From an uncultured Gammaproteobacteria bacterium (GTDB lineage Bacteria > Patescibacteriota > Microgenomatia > 2-02-FULL-39-11): a stretch of 64,000 nucleotides of DNA. Positions 39,078 through 48,952 of this stretch are shown here, one piece after another. How positions within the stretch are numbered: position 1 is the stretch's first letter; every line of letters starts with the position of its first letter. The notes beneath the pieces were generated by a model. The model ran no database searches. It worked only from the letters and a program-made list of their open reading frames with translations, and had not been told where the DNA came from. The stretch is from positions 119,717-183,716 of the forward strand of contig CAZJBV010000001.1 of assembly GCA_964544585.1 (NCBI GenBank), given 5' to 3'. A program made the translations under genes and the position numbers.

Positions 39078-40247
39078 TTAATATGTAACGTTTTCTTGGT
39101 CTGAAACTAATTCTATCCAGATAAGTCCTCGATCAAATGAGACTTCCTGACCTTTGGCGTCAAAAAACCTGGTCCTCGATATTCTTGACGGCTTTGACCA
39201 GGTGCCGACTATGGACTGGCCATCCTGAAAAATGATGGCTTTTCCCGAGCCAATTGTGGTATAGAGAAAATGGCCATTGGCATCGACGGGGCCTTGGAGC
39301 TTTGTAATTTGGGCGATGATATTTTTGGCCATGATATTTTCTTTCGACTCATGATCAGTGTGGACTACACCTCCGTTGTATCTGGTGTATGAGTCTGTTT
39401 TGGGATCAAATCTCCATTCGACGTCATACTTTGTATATCCAGGTGAAAAGACTATTTTTATATTGTTGACCTGGCCGAATTCAGAAGAATTGGCGTCGTC
39501 TTTAAATTTCCACTCGACAAAATTTTTATCCCAAGCAATACCATCTTCGTCTACATTGGTCCACTTCTTCTTTTCGGCAATTTTGTAGAGATTTTCGGAG
39601 AAACAGACCATTTGATGCTCGGTAGCAACGGGGTGGTCTAGCCTATCCGGATTTCTATAACAATCTGGAAAACCGATGCCGAATTCGTCCATGTCTTTGA
39701 TGCCATAGCGATCGATCTGGCCTAAGGCATCGGCGCGAGGATCGGTTGCCGCGGCATTGTCACCTAATCTGTTGGCTCCCCCGACATGATTGTAGAGGGC
39801 ATCGTATTCTGATACCCAATCAATAAAGTAGGTGCGGGCTGACCTCACCGGGGCGATGGGCATATTTTCAAAGGGAGTGTTGCAATAAAATACGCCCATA
39901 AAACGGGTAATCCAACCTTCGGCGAGAGCTTCGTAAACTATATCGGCGCGAGAAAGGGATGATTGGGGACGGGCATCTTCGCTATTTTCGATCATGACAG
40001 CAAGGGGCCGCCTTTTGTCATAGACGTCTGACTCTTTTTTGGTATATTTGGCGCCGTTGAGGGGACAGACCTGGTCGCGGGGGATTGAGGGGTCTACTTT
40101 GAACTTTGCTCTTTTCCCGGGAGTAGTTGAGATAGTAGTATCGACTGTCTCTGGGAATGTGCCTTTACTTCCTAAAACCGCATAAGTAATGCCGGTTGAA
40201 ATAAGATAAAGACCTAGATAAACGACGATGAGTAGTTTCTTATTCAT
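39078..40247 (-). CDS. DUF3048 (YerB-like) membrane-anchored protein
   Basis: RPLAVMIEN...ARPQ, ADIVYE..AEG.ITRF, PVRSAR. Confidence 0.88.
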   Translation of the reverse strand: MNKKLLIVVYLGLYLISTGITYAVLGSKGTFPETVDTTISTTPGKRAKFKVDPSIPRDQVCPLNGAKYTKKESDVYDKRRPLAVMIENSEDARPQSSLSRADIVYEALAEGWITRFMGVFYCNTPFENMPIAPVRSARTYFIDWVSEYDALYNHVGGANRLGDNAAATDPRADALGQIDRYGIKDMDEFGIGFPDCYRNPDRLDHPVATEHQMVCFSENLYKIAEKKKWTNVDEDGIAWDKNFVEWKFKDDANSSEFGQVNNIKIVFSPGYTKYDVEWRFDPKTDSYTRYNGGVVHTDHESKENIMAKNIIAQITKLQGPVDANGHFLYTTIGSGKAIIFQDGQSIVGTWSKPSRISRTRFFDAKGQEVSFDRGLIWIELVSDQENVTY

Positions 40248-40702
40248 TTTGTGCTTTTAATCGCCTCTATTTCTTCTTTTGATAATTCGTGATTTACTCC
40301 TTTTGACTGTTTAACATTTTTGGCATACCACCGGGTTATACCTCTGGTATGAAGAGAGGTAACTACAATACCTGTACCTTCTTCGTCGAGTAAAGCGATG
40401 ATAAAACTTTGATTTCCACCTGTATCACCAAAGGGATTGAAACGTAAAACGGATGCTTTCTTGATATGAAGCCTGGCATCCTTTTTTACTTTTTCAATTT
40501 CTTCTTTAATATTCCGGATTTCTTTTGCTGTAATTTCATTATTGGCTATTATCTCCTCCAGTAGAGACTCCAAATTAGTTTTGTTTGATCCTATTATGAG
40601 TCTTCTGTAATGATTTATTGTCTTATATAAAAAAAACCCTCCAATTATTAAGCTAATGGTTAGGGCTATTTCGCCCAAAAAAAGAATTTCGATATTTCCC
40701 AC
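40244..40702 (-). CDS. DUF4446-family protein
   Basis: RFNPF.DTGG.QSF..ALLD, LS.EE. Confidence 0.85.
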   Translation of the reverse strand: MGNIEILFLGEIALTISLIIGGFFLYKTINHYRRLIIGSNKTNLESLLEEIIANNEITAKEIRNIKEEIEKVKKDARLHIKKASVLRFNPFGDTGGNQSFIIALLDEEGTGIVVTSLHTRGITRWYAKNVKQSKGVNHELSKEEIEAIKSTK

Positions 40703-40781
40703 ATTTTTTGAGTAAACTATGTATACACATTGTAGAAACTTTACAAGGTAGTGTCAATATGATAATAGTGAGAAATATCCT

Positions 40782-41036
40782 ATGCCTAGGAAAACAAAAA
40801 AGAAAAAGATGCTTGCCGAAAAGCATCGATTGAGTCAAAGAGAAGATTTCACATTTCAATACACTCCAGTCAAAAGTCGAAGTTCACCAGCAGATATAAC
40901 TTATTCGGAGGCGCCGAAACAAGAATTGGCCGGTCAGTATGATTATGTTGGTCGTGACTTATTTAAGATTGTTATTTTTGCTTTGCTTGCATTTAGCTTC
41001 CAAGTTGTGCTAGTATTTCTCTTACGCACGAAATGA
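40782..41036 (+). CDS. Small protein with C-terminal TM helix
   Basis: Basic N-terminus, Y.YV..DL.K plus TM. Confidence 0.7.
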   Translation: MPRKTKKKKMLAEKHRLSQREDFTFQYTPVKSRSSPADITYSEAPKQELAGQYDYVGRDLFKIVIFALLAFSFQVVLVFLLRTK

Positions 41037-41191
41037 AGCTGAATATGATTAAATGTTTCTGTCCGCCGGATCTTACTTCTCGCCTTTGCAGTTCTATTCG
41101 AACACGGCTCGAAGAGCGATCCATGGCGGATGCAAGAAACAGTATCCCGATAATTAATCGGGACTGTTTCTAGCAAAGGGGGTGATTATAA

Positions 41192-41335
41192 ATGGCAACG
41201 ATGTATTGTGTGAAATGCCGCGCAAAGCGAGATGATCCGAATGCAGTCAAGGTAACGATGAAAAATGGAAAACCAGCGATGAAAGGAAAGTGTCCAGTCT
41301 GCGGAACTGGAATGTATAAAATTGGAGCCGCATAA
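41192..41335 (+). CDS. Small zinc-ribbon protein (DUF5679-like), not in ORF track
   Basis: MATMYCVKCRAKR...TMKNGKPAMKGKCPVCGTGMYKIGAA; SD GGGGGTGA. Confidence 0.88.
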   Translation: MATMYCVKCRAKRDDPNAVKVTMKNGKPAMKGKCPVCGTGMYKIGAA

Positions 41336-41382
41336 AAGTATTAGTTAAATTAGACTAATTAGACTAATTAGTTTTGAAATTT

Positions 41383-41408
41383 AAACCCCCGATTTAATCG
41401 GGGGTTTT
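41383..41408 (+). terminator. Intrinsic terminator
   Basis: AAACCCCCGAT-TTA-ATCGGGGGTTTT. Confidence 0.8.
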
Positions 41409-41438
41409 GGCATATATTAGGGTATAGTTAGTCAGCAT

Positions 41439-43373
41439 CTAGCGTCTAGTTTTCAGAAACTCTAAAATGGATCTTTTTTTCTCGTCAAAGAGGGCATCGA
41501 TATAAGAGAGAAGATTGGCAGGATTTAAAAGGCAGCTTTTTATATTATATTGGCAGTCGGGGGCGAAGAAAATGGGAATATTTTTGGCGAGAATCTTTCC
41601 GTCGAGACTAATATAAATTTCTGTGTTTATACTTTTATCGGAACTAATGTCGATAAACCAAGGAGAAATTCTATAGGAATAATCGGTTGGGTAAGAAAAA
41701 TTTTGGAAAGATAAACCATTTCCTTTAATGTCTACTTTTTCCACTTGAGTTGCGCGACTAAATTTATTTCTAGGGAGGATAAAAATTCGGATTGGGTTTC
41801 TTCCGGCTATGGCTTTGGTATTATTCCAATAGACTATAGTTTTTTTGGGATCCATTTCTAATGGGCTTTTGTCAGGCTGGAAAAGAAAATCGAGATTTGA
41901 CAAAAGGTTTTGGTTTTTTATTCCCGGAATAAGTTCAAAAGAATCTTTTTTATCTAGTATTTGCAAAAAAGGAATTTCGTTTCCATTTATATCCCATCCC
42001 ATTTCGATGTATCCACTGGTTGGATTGAGGAAGAGTTTAGGGTGCCTAGGAAATGATAGAGTTACTTTCTTTCGTTTCTTCAAAAGATCGGCAAATAACA
42101 TGCCATTTGTGAATGAAGGATTTCTGCTTTTAGCAATTGTGATCGAATGGGGTCCGAAATGGACTTTAGTGTCGATGTTTGTTTTGTCTAATGAAATGCC
42201 GAAATTGAATTGGGAATTATCTAAAATATAGGGAACAATCCAGTAGGCAAAATCTAATCTTGCTGGATTTTCTTTGTATGGATCGTTTAGATTGGCATAA
42301 ATGCGTAGATCATCGAGGATCCAGTGATCTTCTTTTTTTATGACTCTTGCCCTATATGTTTTGCTAAAGTACCAGAAGACGGAGTTATTTTCCAAAGTTC
42401 TAGACGGGTTTTGGCTGTTTTGAAATTGAAAAATCTCGATAAACTTGCTGATGGGGAGGATGGCAATTTTTTCTTTTTCCCTCAGATCTTTCAAGTAGTT
42501 GAGTTGTCTCATATACTCTTTACCATAGTCATCCCAGGAAAAAGAGTTTTCGAAACCTATTAGTCCAAATCCATCATTCTGTTTTACTATCTCTTTGACA
42601 AGCTTCTCAAAATAGTTTTTTTCTGCTTTTGGATTTGAGAGGTAGTCATTTGGTTGAGAAGTAAAATAGGCTTTGGACGAACCATAATTTTTGAGAATAT
42701 CGGAAATGGTTTGACGAACAATAATAATATCCAGTTTATCTTCATCATAACCCGGGAGGAGAGGATGATTTTTAGATGGATAATAGGGTAAATTGAACAT
42801 TCCGCCATATAAGGTATAAGAATCTGTCTCGTATTGTTCCTTTGTAAGCTCGTGAAGATTTACTCCGTAAATGTCGTGGATATAATTTAGTGACCAAGCA
42901 TCTATCATCCAAGCAACTGTAAATTCTGGATATGTGCCAAAAATATTTTTATACTTAGTAAAAAGTGTATCGATGAGTTTTTTTCTTTCTTCGATCGTGT
43001 ATCCAATAAGAAATGTATTTTTGGCACTATTCCAATTGCTACCATCGGGAAAGCCTTTGTAATCCACACCACTTGCTGACGCGAGAGAGGGAGTAATTTC
43101 AAGAAGTAGACCGAGTTCGTCATCTTTGATGGGAGAAATATATCTTTCATTTAAAGCGTCGAAGCGGAGGGCCCAGGCTGTGGGAAGAGTCTGAATTTCT
43201 TTATCCTTTGATATGGTTTTTAATATATCAGTACTTCCATTTTGACAGCATGATTCGTCACCCCTAACCTGATTGATGATAAGAAAAGTGGGTTCTTTGG
43301 AAAGTGCGGGTTTAGCGAAAATAAATAATAGAATGATGAAAAGTCCTATTTTTTTTAGAAAATTTAATACCAT
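41439..43373 (-). CDS. Secreted hypothetical protein (possible glycoside hydrolase/deacetylase fold)
   Basis: Signal peptide; IGY..EERKKLID..F, PYYPS. Confidence 0.7.
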   Translation of the reverse strand: MVLNFLKKIGLFIILLFIFAKPALSKEPTFLIINQVRGDESCCQNGSTDILKTISKDKEIQTLPTAWALRFDALNERYISPIKDDELGLLLEITPSLASASGVDYKGFPDGSNWNSAKNTFLIGYTIEERKKLIDTLFTKYKNIFGTYPEFTVAWMIDAWSLNYIHDIYGVNLHELTKEQYETDSYTLYGGMFNLPYYPSKNHPLLPGYDEDKLDIIIVRQTISDILKNYGSSKAYFTSQPNDYLSNPKAEKNYFEKLVKEIVKQNDGFGLIGFENSFSWDDYGKEYMRQLNYLKDLREKEKIAILPISKFIEIFQFQNSQNPSRTLENNSVFWYFSKTYRARVIKKEDHWILDDLRIYANLNDPYKENPARLDFAYWIVPYILDNSQFNFGISLDKTNIDTKVHFGPHSITIAKSRNPSFTNGMLFADLLKKRKKVTLSFPRHPKLFLNPTSGYIEMGWDINGNEIPFLQILDKKDSFELIPGIKNQNLLSNLDFLFQPDKSPLEMDPKKTIVYWNNTKAIAGRNPIRIFILPRNKFSRATQVEKVDIKGNGLSFQNFSYPTDYSYRISPWFIDISSDKSINTEIYISLDGKILAKNIPIFFAPDCQYNIKSCLLNPANLLSYIDALFDEKKRSILEFLKTRR

Positions 43374-45004
43374 GCGTAAATTGTGACTGCATCGTTTTGA
43401 TAGACGGGTTTTAAAAAGGGATAAAATTCTGCGAGATTTTTGTTGCTAGCCCTTTCCCTCTCCTGTGGCCCAAAGAAGATATAACGAATACGTCCTGTAC
43501 GTAAAAACACTTGCGCTTCATTCCATGTCATGAGGCCAGTAAAAAATTTTTGTACTAGAGCATATTTTCTATCGTAGTCGTATGTGTTAACCTGACCAAA
43601 ATAGACTGTATTTCCGGCGTAGGCTGGGATATGATTTCCAGCCGAAATTTCGGCTACTATGACGTCGTCTCGGCGGGTGTTTTCACGTAAAAATCTCATT
43701 GCATCCATCCATTTTTTGAGGGGATGAACTGTTTGGGGTGGGTAGGCCACTGGGGGAATATTGGCGCGGGCTCGAGCGACATTGAATATATATTGCCAAT
43801 CCCAACTTAATTTCAAAATAAATAAATTTTCGATAAAATAAAGGATGAGAAATAGATAGATAATCGTTTTTGGAAAAATTTTTAACGATTGAAAGATTGC
43901 ATAATAACCTAAAATGCCTAATGGAATATGAATGCCCCCTTGGGTAAATCGGAGCGGGCTTTGTTCTTTATAATGAGTAAAAACTATAGAGTAGAAAAAT
44001 GAAACTACGATCCAAAGGATAAAAGGAGTCATTTTTTTGTCTTTTTGAAAAAGAGATACTATGATCCCGATAAACGCAAGGATGACAACTGGGCCAAGAG
44101 CCAGCAAATATTCGGTAAAGGGAATGAGCATATGATTTATTCTGTGGACATGGACGAGGGCAATCCAGGGGATTTGGCGGGTCAAATCCCAGATATAAAT
44201 TTGAGAGAGAAGGCTGACCAGCACAAAGAAAATGAGATATAAATGAGGATATAAATTTCGTGTTTTGATAATTTTTATAATGGCAAAAAGAATGATGACC
44301 GAATTAAGAGTGATAAGACTGGGGGGGAAAATTAGGCCTAAAATATTTCCAACTATTGCATAAATTAATATGTCTTTTGACGTCACGATCCAATTTTTTT
44401 TGAGAAGAAAATAAAAAACTAGAAATGAGACTATCTGGCCAAAAAGGATATGGGGGATAAAGGCAATTCTTTGGAGGCTATCGATATTTGACCACCATTC
44501 CATGTATCTTTGGACAATTAATTGCCCTCCTTCGCCTGTGGTAAATTTTGGAAAACTGCTCGAAACAACAATTGTTATAAATCCAATAATTTGCCAGAGA
44601 CTATTTTTAAATACATGAGTTGTAAGAAGGAAAATAACAAGTAGAAGAATTGGGGTGAGCATAAGTCTACCGAGCTGGTAGGAAAAATTGGGATCAAGGC
44701 CAATAATCTTTCCTATCATTCCTAAAATTGAATAAAAGATTTGGATGAGAGACCCTGAATGGGGTTCGCTTGAATAGAGTTCTTTGGGAAATAGTTTGCC
44801 TTCCTGTCCCTGGCGTATTTTTGAAAGATACAAATTGAAATCTGGCCAGTAATAGTTGTGTTCCAATATGAACTCCCGATTTTGATCGTAGAGTTTATTT
44901 GATAAAGATAGATCATGAATGGTGGGCAGAAATGAGAGGAAAGTAAAAAGAAAAATTAGAAAAGAAATAATGTGGAGTTTGTATTTTGCAAGAATCATTG
45001 ACAT
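43364..45004 (-). CDS. Multi-pass membrane protein (GT-C-like glycosyltransferase candidate)
   Basis: Many TM helices, D...Y.S.I.Q, E.H motif; start moved downstream of rnpB. Confidence 0.7.
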   Translation of the reverse strand: MSMILAKYKLHIISFLIFLFTFLSFLPTIHDLSLSNKLYDQNREFILEHNYYWPDFNLYLSKIRQGQEGKLFPKELYSSEPHSGSLIQIFYSILGMIGKIIGLDPNFSYQLGRLMLTPILLLVIFLLTTHVFKNSLWQIIGFITIVVSSSFPKFTTGEGGQLIVQRYMEWWSNIDSLQRIAFIPHILFGQIVSFLVFYFLLKKNWIVTSKDILIYAIVGNILGLIFPPSLITLNSVIILFAIIKIIKTRNLYPHLYLIFFVLVSLLSQIYIWDLTRQIPWIALVHVHRINHMLIPFTEYLLALGPVVILAFIGIIVSLFQKDKKMTPFILWIVVSFFYSIVFTHYKEQSPLRFTQGGIHIPLGILGYYAIFQSLKIFPKTIIYLFLILYFIENLFILKLSWDWQYIFNVARARANIPPVAYPPQTVHPLKKWMDAMRFLRENTRRDDVIVAEISAGNHIPAYAGNTVYFGQVNTYDYDRKYALVQKFFTGLMTWNEAQVFLRTGRIRYIFFGPQERERASNKNLAEFYPFLKPVYQNDAVTIYAWY

Positions 45005-45046
45005 TATTATACAGCGAAATTTTAGAAAAAATGGTATAATATACTT

Positions 45047-45494
45047 ATCCTGCGGAGGCCGGATGACTGGGGGGTACCAGACGGTACCCTCAGGAAAGTC
45101 CAGACTGCTGTAGACAGAGGAATCGCGGCAACGCGTTATCCCGATTAAATTGGGACTGGTGCTTCGACGCCGAAAGGAGTCGGGGACGATTCCGGAATTG
45201 ACCGGATGAGAGAGCCACAGAGACGAGCAGTTATCTAAACCGCAAGGCATGATAGCTGGGTGAAACGAGGGAACGTAAAATTTGCTTCGCAAATTAACGT
45301 TCCTGTTGGCAATCCCACTTGCAGCAATCTCCGATTAGATCGACAAAGACTGATGTCTTCCAGATCCGCCAGTAGGCGGACAGGGATCTAAAGATTGAGA
45401 GCATCCCGCTCAGCGGGACGACAGGATGACTTTTATCATCAGTCGAGAGAAATGGTCATTTAAACAGAATCTGGCTTATGAGCCTCTGCAGGAT
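45047..45494 (+). ncRNA. rnpB: RNase P RNA
   Basis: AGGAAAGTCC, AGAGCCACAGA, GGGTGAAACG, AAACAGAATCTGGCTTA; P1 ATCCTGCGGAGGC/GCCTCTGCAGGAT; TATAAT at 45035. Confidence 0.93.
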
Positions 45495-45521
45495 TAAATA
45501 GTTCCCCCGCTAAGCGGGGGA

Positions 45522-46502
45522 TTATTTTTGAGGGTGAGTTCGTGACTTGAGATATTGGGAAAATGCTGTTTCGACGGTGACGAGAATCGGGATGGAAAGA
45601 AGTGCACCTCCGATACCTGATATTTTTGCTCCTGCCATTAAAGCTATAATTGTGACAAGAGGAGGCAGACCCACTGCTTTTTTCATTACAAAGGGGACGA
45701 CCAGATTTGCTTCCAACTGCTGAATTAAGATATATGCTCCTGTGGTGATGAGTGCGTGAAAAGGAGAGATAGTGAAAGCAACCAAAATTCCCGGAATTGC
45801 GGCAATAATGGGGCCTATAATTGGGACAATTTCCAGAAGACCAGCAAGAAGAGCCAAGGGTAATGCGTAGGGGATTTTCAAGGCAAATAAAGCAATGTAA
45901 GTTACTACTCCGATGGTTACGGCTAAAATAAATTGTCCTCTGACCCATGCTCCAAGTCTCTCTTCGATTTTTGAAAGGACTTTGACGAAGGGATCTGCGC
46001 TTTCTTCACCCATGAATTGATCAAGATGATTTTTGAGTCTCCCCCGTTCTATGGTTAAATAAAAGGCGATAACGAAGATAGTAAATACCGCGAGAATATT
46101 GTTGAACAATCCTACTGTAACTCTAATGGCGTTTTCTCCTATAGAAGTAATCTGTTGTGTCATAATCTGTTGATCAACTTTTATAAAGGGTATGACTTGA
46201 TTTAAGAATCCAGGAAGTCTTTCGATAAGATGAGCAGATTGAACAACAAATGGAGGAAGGAGGGTGGTAACTGCAAGAGCTAGAATCCCAATTATTAGGA
46301 TATACATGATCATGACTGATAAAGCTCTCGGGACACGAAATTTTTCGAGACTTTCTGCCCAGGGTTTTAAGGCTGACATAAGAATAAAAGAGACAAATAT
46401 CCAAGAAATAATTTCTCTTACCTGATATAAAAACCAGAGAAGTAGTAGAAAAGCAACGATAAAGACTATTGTTTTATATGAAACTTCTACTTTAGTAGGC
46501 AT
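45522..46502 (-). CDS. AI-2E family transporter
   Basis: W.RGQ, P.IGP, QQLE.N.V.P, G..GALL.IP. Confidence 0.92.
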   Translation of the reverse strand: MPTKVEVSYKTIVFIVAFLLLLWFLYQVREIISWIFVSFILMSALKPWAESLEKFRVPRALSVMIMYILIIGILALAVTTLLPPFVVQSAHLIERLPGFLNQVIPFIKVDQQIMTQQITSIGENAIRVTVGLFNNILAVFTIFVIAFYLTIERGRLKNHLDQFMGEESADPFVKVLSKIEERLGAWVRGQFILAVTIGVVTYIALFALKIPYALPLALLAGLLEIVPIIGPIIAAIPGILVAFTISPFHALITTGAYILIQQLEANLVVPFVMKKAVGLPPLVTIIALMAGAKISGIGGALLSIPILVTVETAFSQYLKSRTHPQK

Positions 46503-46503
46503 T

Positions 46504-47397
46504 TTATGGAGTATACCATTTTAGAACCATGGCTTCTATTTTGGCAATAAAATCTGAATTTTCGATATCAAACCAATTAATATCTTTTTCTTTTTTAAAC
46601 CAGGTTATTTGGCGCTTGGCATATTGATACTCGGCAAGATTCCATTTTTTTATCGCCTCGGGCAAAGATTCTTTCCCGTCGATATATTCTTTTAATTGTC
46701 TAATACCAGTAGAGGTGATTGCGGGGAGATTTGGATTTTTATATTTTTTCAAAATATTTTTTGCTTCTTCCAATGCACCCATTTTCAGGCGTTTATTTAC
46801 TCTTTGATCAATTTTTTTATTTATATATTCCTTGGATGCAGTAAGTCCAATTATGAGGGTGTCAAACTTCAGGAATTTTATACCCTGCCTCTTTTCTTTT
46901 GATAGTGCAATTTCGATGGCTCGGATGAGTCTCCTTGGATTGTTTTTGTCGGAATGATTTGCTTTTTTCCACCAATCAGGATTTAATTGACTAACTTTAC
47001 GCTGCAGCGAATATTTAGTCAATGATTCAAGTTGTTGTCTTAATTTTTTATCGGGAGGAATATTGATATCTTCGAGGGGTTTTAAAATGGAACGGACATA
47101 TAATCCTGTTCCGCCGACGATAATGGGCAATTTGCCGCTTCTTGAGACGTTGTTTACAGCTTTTAGCGTTAAAGTACGATACTCGCCGACGTTGAAGATA
47201 TAATCCGGCTCGGCAACATCAATAAGATGAATTGGGATATCTTTGGGCACGTCCTTTCCTGTAATAATATCAATTCCCTTATACACATGGCGGCTGTCGG
47301 CGGAAATGATTTCACCGTCAAATTTTTTAGCTAAATGCTCGCCTAGAGCTGTTTTGCCAGTTGCTGTCGGGCCGCAGATAATTAAGAGCTTGTTCAC
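46504..47397 (-). CDS. miaA: tRNA dimethylallyltransferase
   Basis: GPTATGKT, ISADS, GGTGLY, YAKRQ.TWF. Confidence 0.96.
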   Translation of the reverse strand: MNKLLIICGPTATGKTALGEHLAKKFDGEIISADSRHVYKGIDIITGKDVPKDIPIHLIDVAEPDYIFNVGEYRTLTLKAVNNVSRSGKLPIIVGGTGLYVRSILKPLEDINIPPDKKLRQQLESLTKYSLQRKVSQLNPDWWKKANHSDKNNPRRLIRAIEIALSKEKRQGIKFLKFDTLIIGLTASKEYINKKIDQRVNKRLKMGALEEAKNILKKYKNPNLPAITSTGIRQLKEYIDGKESLPEAIKKWNLAEYQYAKRQITWFKKEKDINWFDIENSDFIAKIEAMVLKWYTP

Positions 47398-47585
47398 TTG
47401 GCGTAACTTTCGAGGAACCCGCAGGATTTGCAGCGATAACTGGTTACTGATTTTTTATTTTCAATAGTTCCCCAAAATCTGTCGATTTCTGTTCCCCATT
47501 TAGTGCTTCCACCTCCACCTTTTGTGAATTCAATAAGTATACCTTCTTCCATTTCTCCTTGGCATTTGGGACATTTATTGTTCAT
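47394..47585 (-). CDS. Small zinc-ribbon protein
   Basis: CPKC..EMEEG ... RC..CGFLESYA. Confidence 0.8.
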   Translation of the reverse strand: MNNKCPKCQGEMEEGILIEFTKGGGGSTKWGTEIDRFWGTIENKKSVTSYRCKSCGFLESYAK

Positions 47586-47605
47586 AAAAGTTTTTCTTGC
47601 TCCCT

Positions 47606-47645
47606 ACACCGTCCGAGGAGTCCCTTCGGGCCACCTCGGAGGTGT
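47606..47645. repeat. ACACC(G)TCCGAGG...CCTCGGAGGTGT palindrome
   Basis: Intergenic hairpin downstream of miaB. Confidence 0.65.
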
Positions 47646-47661
47646 CTTTGGGCTAATTATA

Positions 47662-48894
47662 TTAATTTAAATTTCCTTTAGCAAGATTGGGTTTGTTGAT
47701 GAGGTTTTCGAGGATTTGCCAGCGGGATTTTTTTTCGCTGTGAGGAATGTCATCTTTGAAGGCTTTGTGGGCGGCGGTTGCGGGGCGGTCTGAATACATG
47801 GAAATGTAAGCTTTATAAAAACCGACTTTTTTGGCAAGGTCAACTGTATCTAAAAATTCCTCTTCTGATTCGCCGCAGAAACCAACAATAATATCAGTAC
47901 TCAATTTTAAATTTTCAATTTTAAATTTTAAATTTTTTACAAGATCTAAATATTGTTCCCTAGTATACCAGCGGTTCATGCGTTTTAAGACAGAATTGCT
48001 TCCTGACTGGACCGGCAAATGAATTGATCTTGTCACTTTTGGGTTGTGGGCGATAACGTCTATCAATACTTCGGAAAAATCCCAGGGATTTGAAGACATA
48101 AAATCTATTTCCCCAATTCCCTCAATTTTACAGATATCTTTTAACAGATAAGGAAAAAGAGTTGGGATGCGGTATCGGTTCAGGTGTTTAACATAAATTG
48201 GTTTTATTTGGGAATTTTCAATTTTAAATTTTAAATTTTCATTCAATTTTAAATTTTTAATTTTTGAATTATCAAAATATGTGTTTTTAATATCTCTCAT
48301 TACATGAATATTTTCGGAACCTAAAATTAGATCTGCACCGTATGAATTGACGTTCATACCAAGGAGGGTAATCTTTTTGTAGCCGTGGTTGGCAAGTTCT
48401 TGACATTCTTTTATAACTTCATTGTATGGCCTACTTATTTCGCGGCCGCGAGTAAAAGGGACGACGCAAAAAGTACAAAAATTATTGCAGCCGTTTGAAA
48501 TTGGGACCCAGGCATTTAGGGCATTTGTGCGAAGGGGTGCATGGTCGAAGCCTACTTCTTCAATGGGCAAAAACTCGTCAACTTCGGGCATTCTTATTTT
48601 TAGGAGTTTTAAAAATTTGCCTGTTTTATCTCTTGCGGCCATTCCGACCATACAGCCGGTAACGACAATTTTTTCGGGCATGCCTGTAGTACGCTTTTTT
48701 TTGGTCAAATTGTTGACAAGACCATAGACGCGGTTTTCCGCCATTTCCTTGACCATGCAGGTATTGATGATGATATGATTTGCGGCATCAATATTTTTTG
48801 CTTTTTCCATGCCGCGGGCTTCAGGCATGGCGGCAATACGCTCTGAATCCGAAACATTCTGCTGGCAGCCAAAAGTTTGGATAAAGTATTTCAT
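47662..48894 (-). CDS. miaB: MiaB-like radical SAM methylthiotransferase (no TRAM domain)
   Basis: TFGCQQN, NTC, GC, CNNFCTFC, HLPVQSG; next to miaA. Confidence 0.85.
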   Translation of the reverse strand: MKYFIQTFGCQQNVSDSERIAAMPEARGMEKAKNIDAANHIIINTCMVKEMAENRVYGLVNNLTKKKRTTGMPEKIVVTGCMVGMAARDKTGKFLKLLKIRMPEVDEFLPIEEVGFDHAPLRTNALNAWVPISNGCNNFCTFCVVPFTRGREISRPYNEVIKECQELANHGYKKITLLGMNVNSYGADLILGSENIHVMRDIKNTYFDNSKIKNLKLNENLKFKIENSQIKPIYVKHLNRYRIPTLFPYLLKDICKIEGIGEIDFMSSNPWDFSEVLIDVIAHNPKVTRSIHLPVQSGSNSVLKRMNRWYTREQYLDLVKNLKFKIENLKLSTDIIVGFCGESEEEFLDTVDLAKKVGFYKAYISMYSDRPATAAHKAFKDDIPHSEKKSRWQILENLINKPNLAKGNLN

Positions 48895-48952
48895 TTGTAG
48901 GCCAATTTTACCAAATCTTAGTAAATTCCACCACATATGCTACTATTCATTT

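Noticed and set aside
41036-41190. c-di-AMP riboswitch or SRP RNA
   Set aside because: Only GCTGAAT matches the former, and the SRP helix 8 motif is absent; kept as an unnamed structure.
45005-45292. N-terminal extension of the 642 aa membrane ORF
   Set aside because: It is antisense to RNase P RNA.
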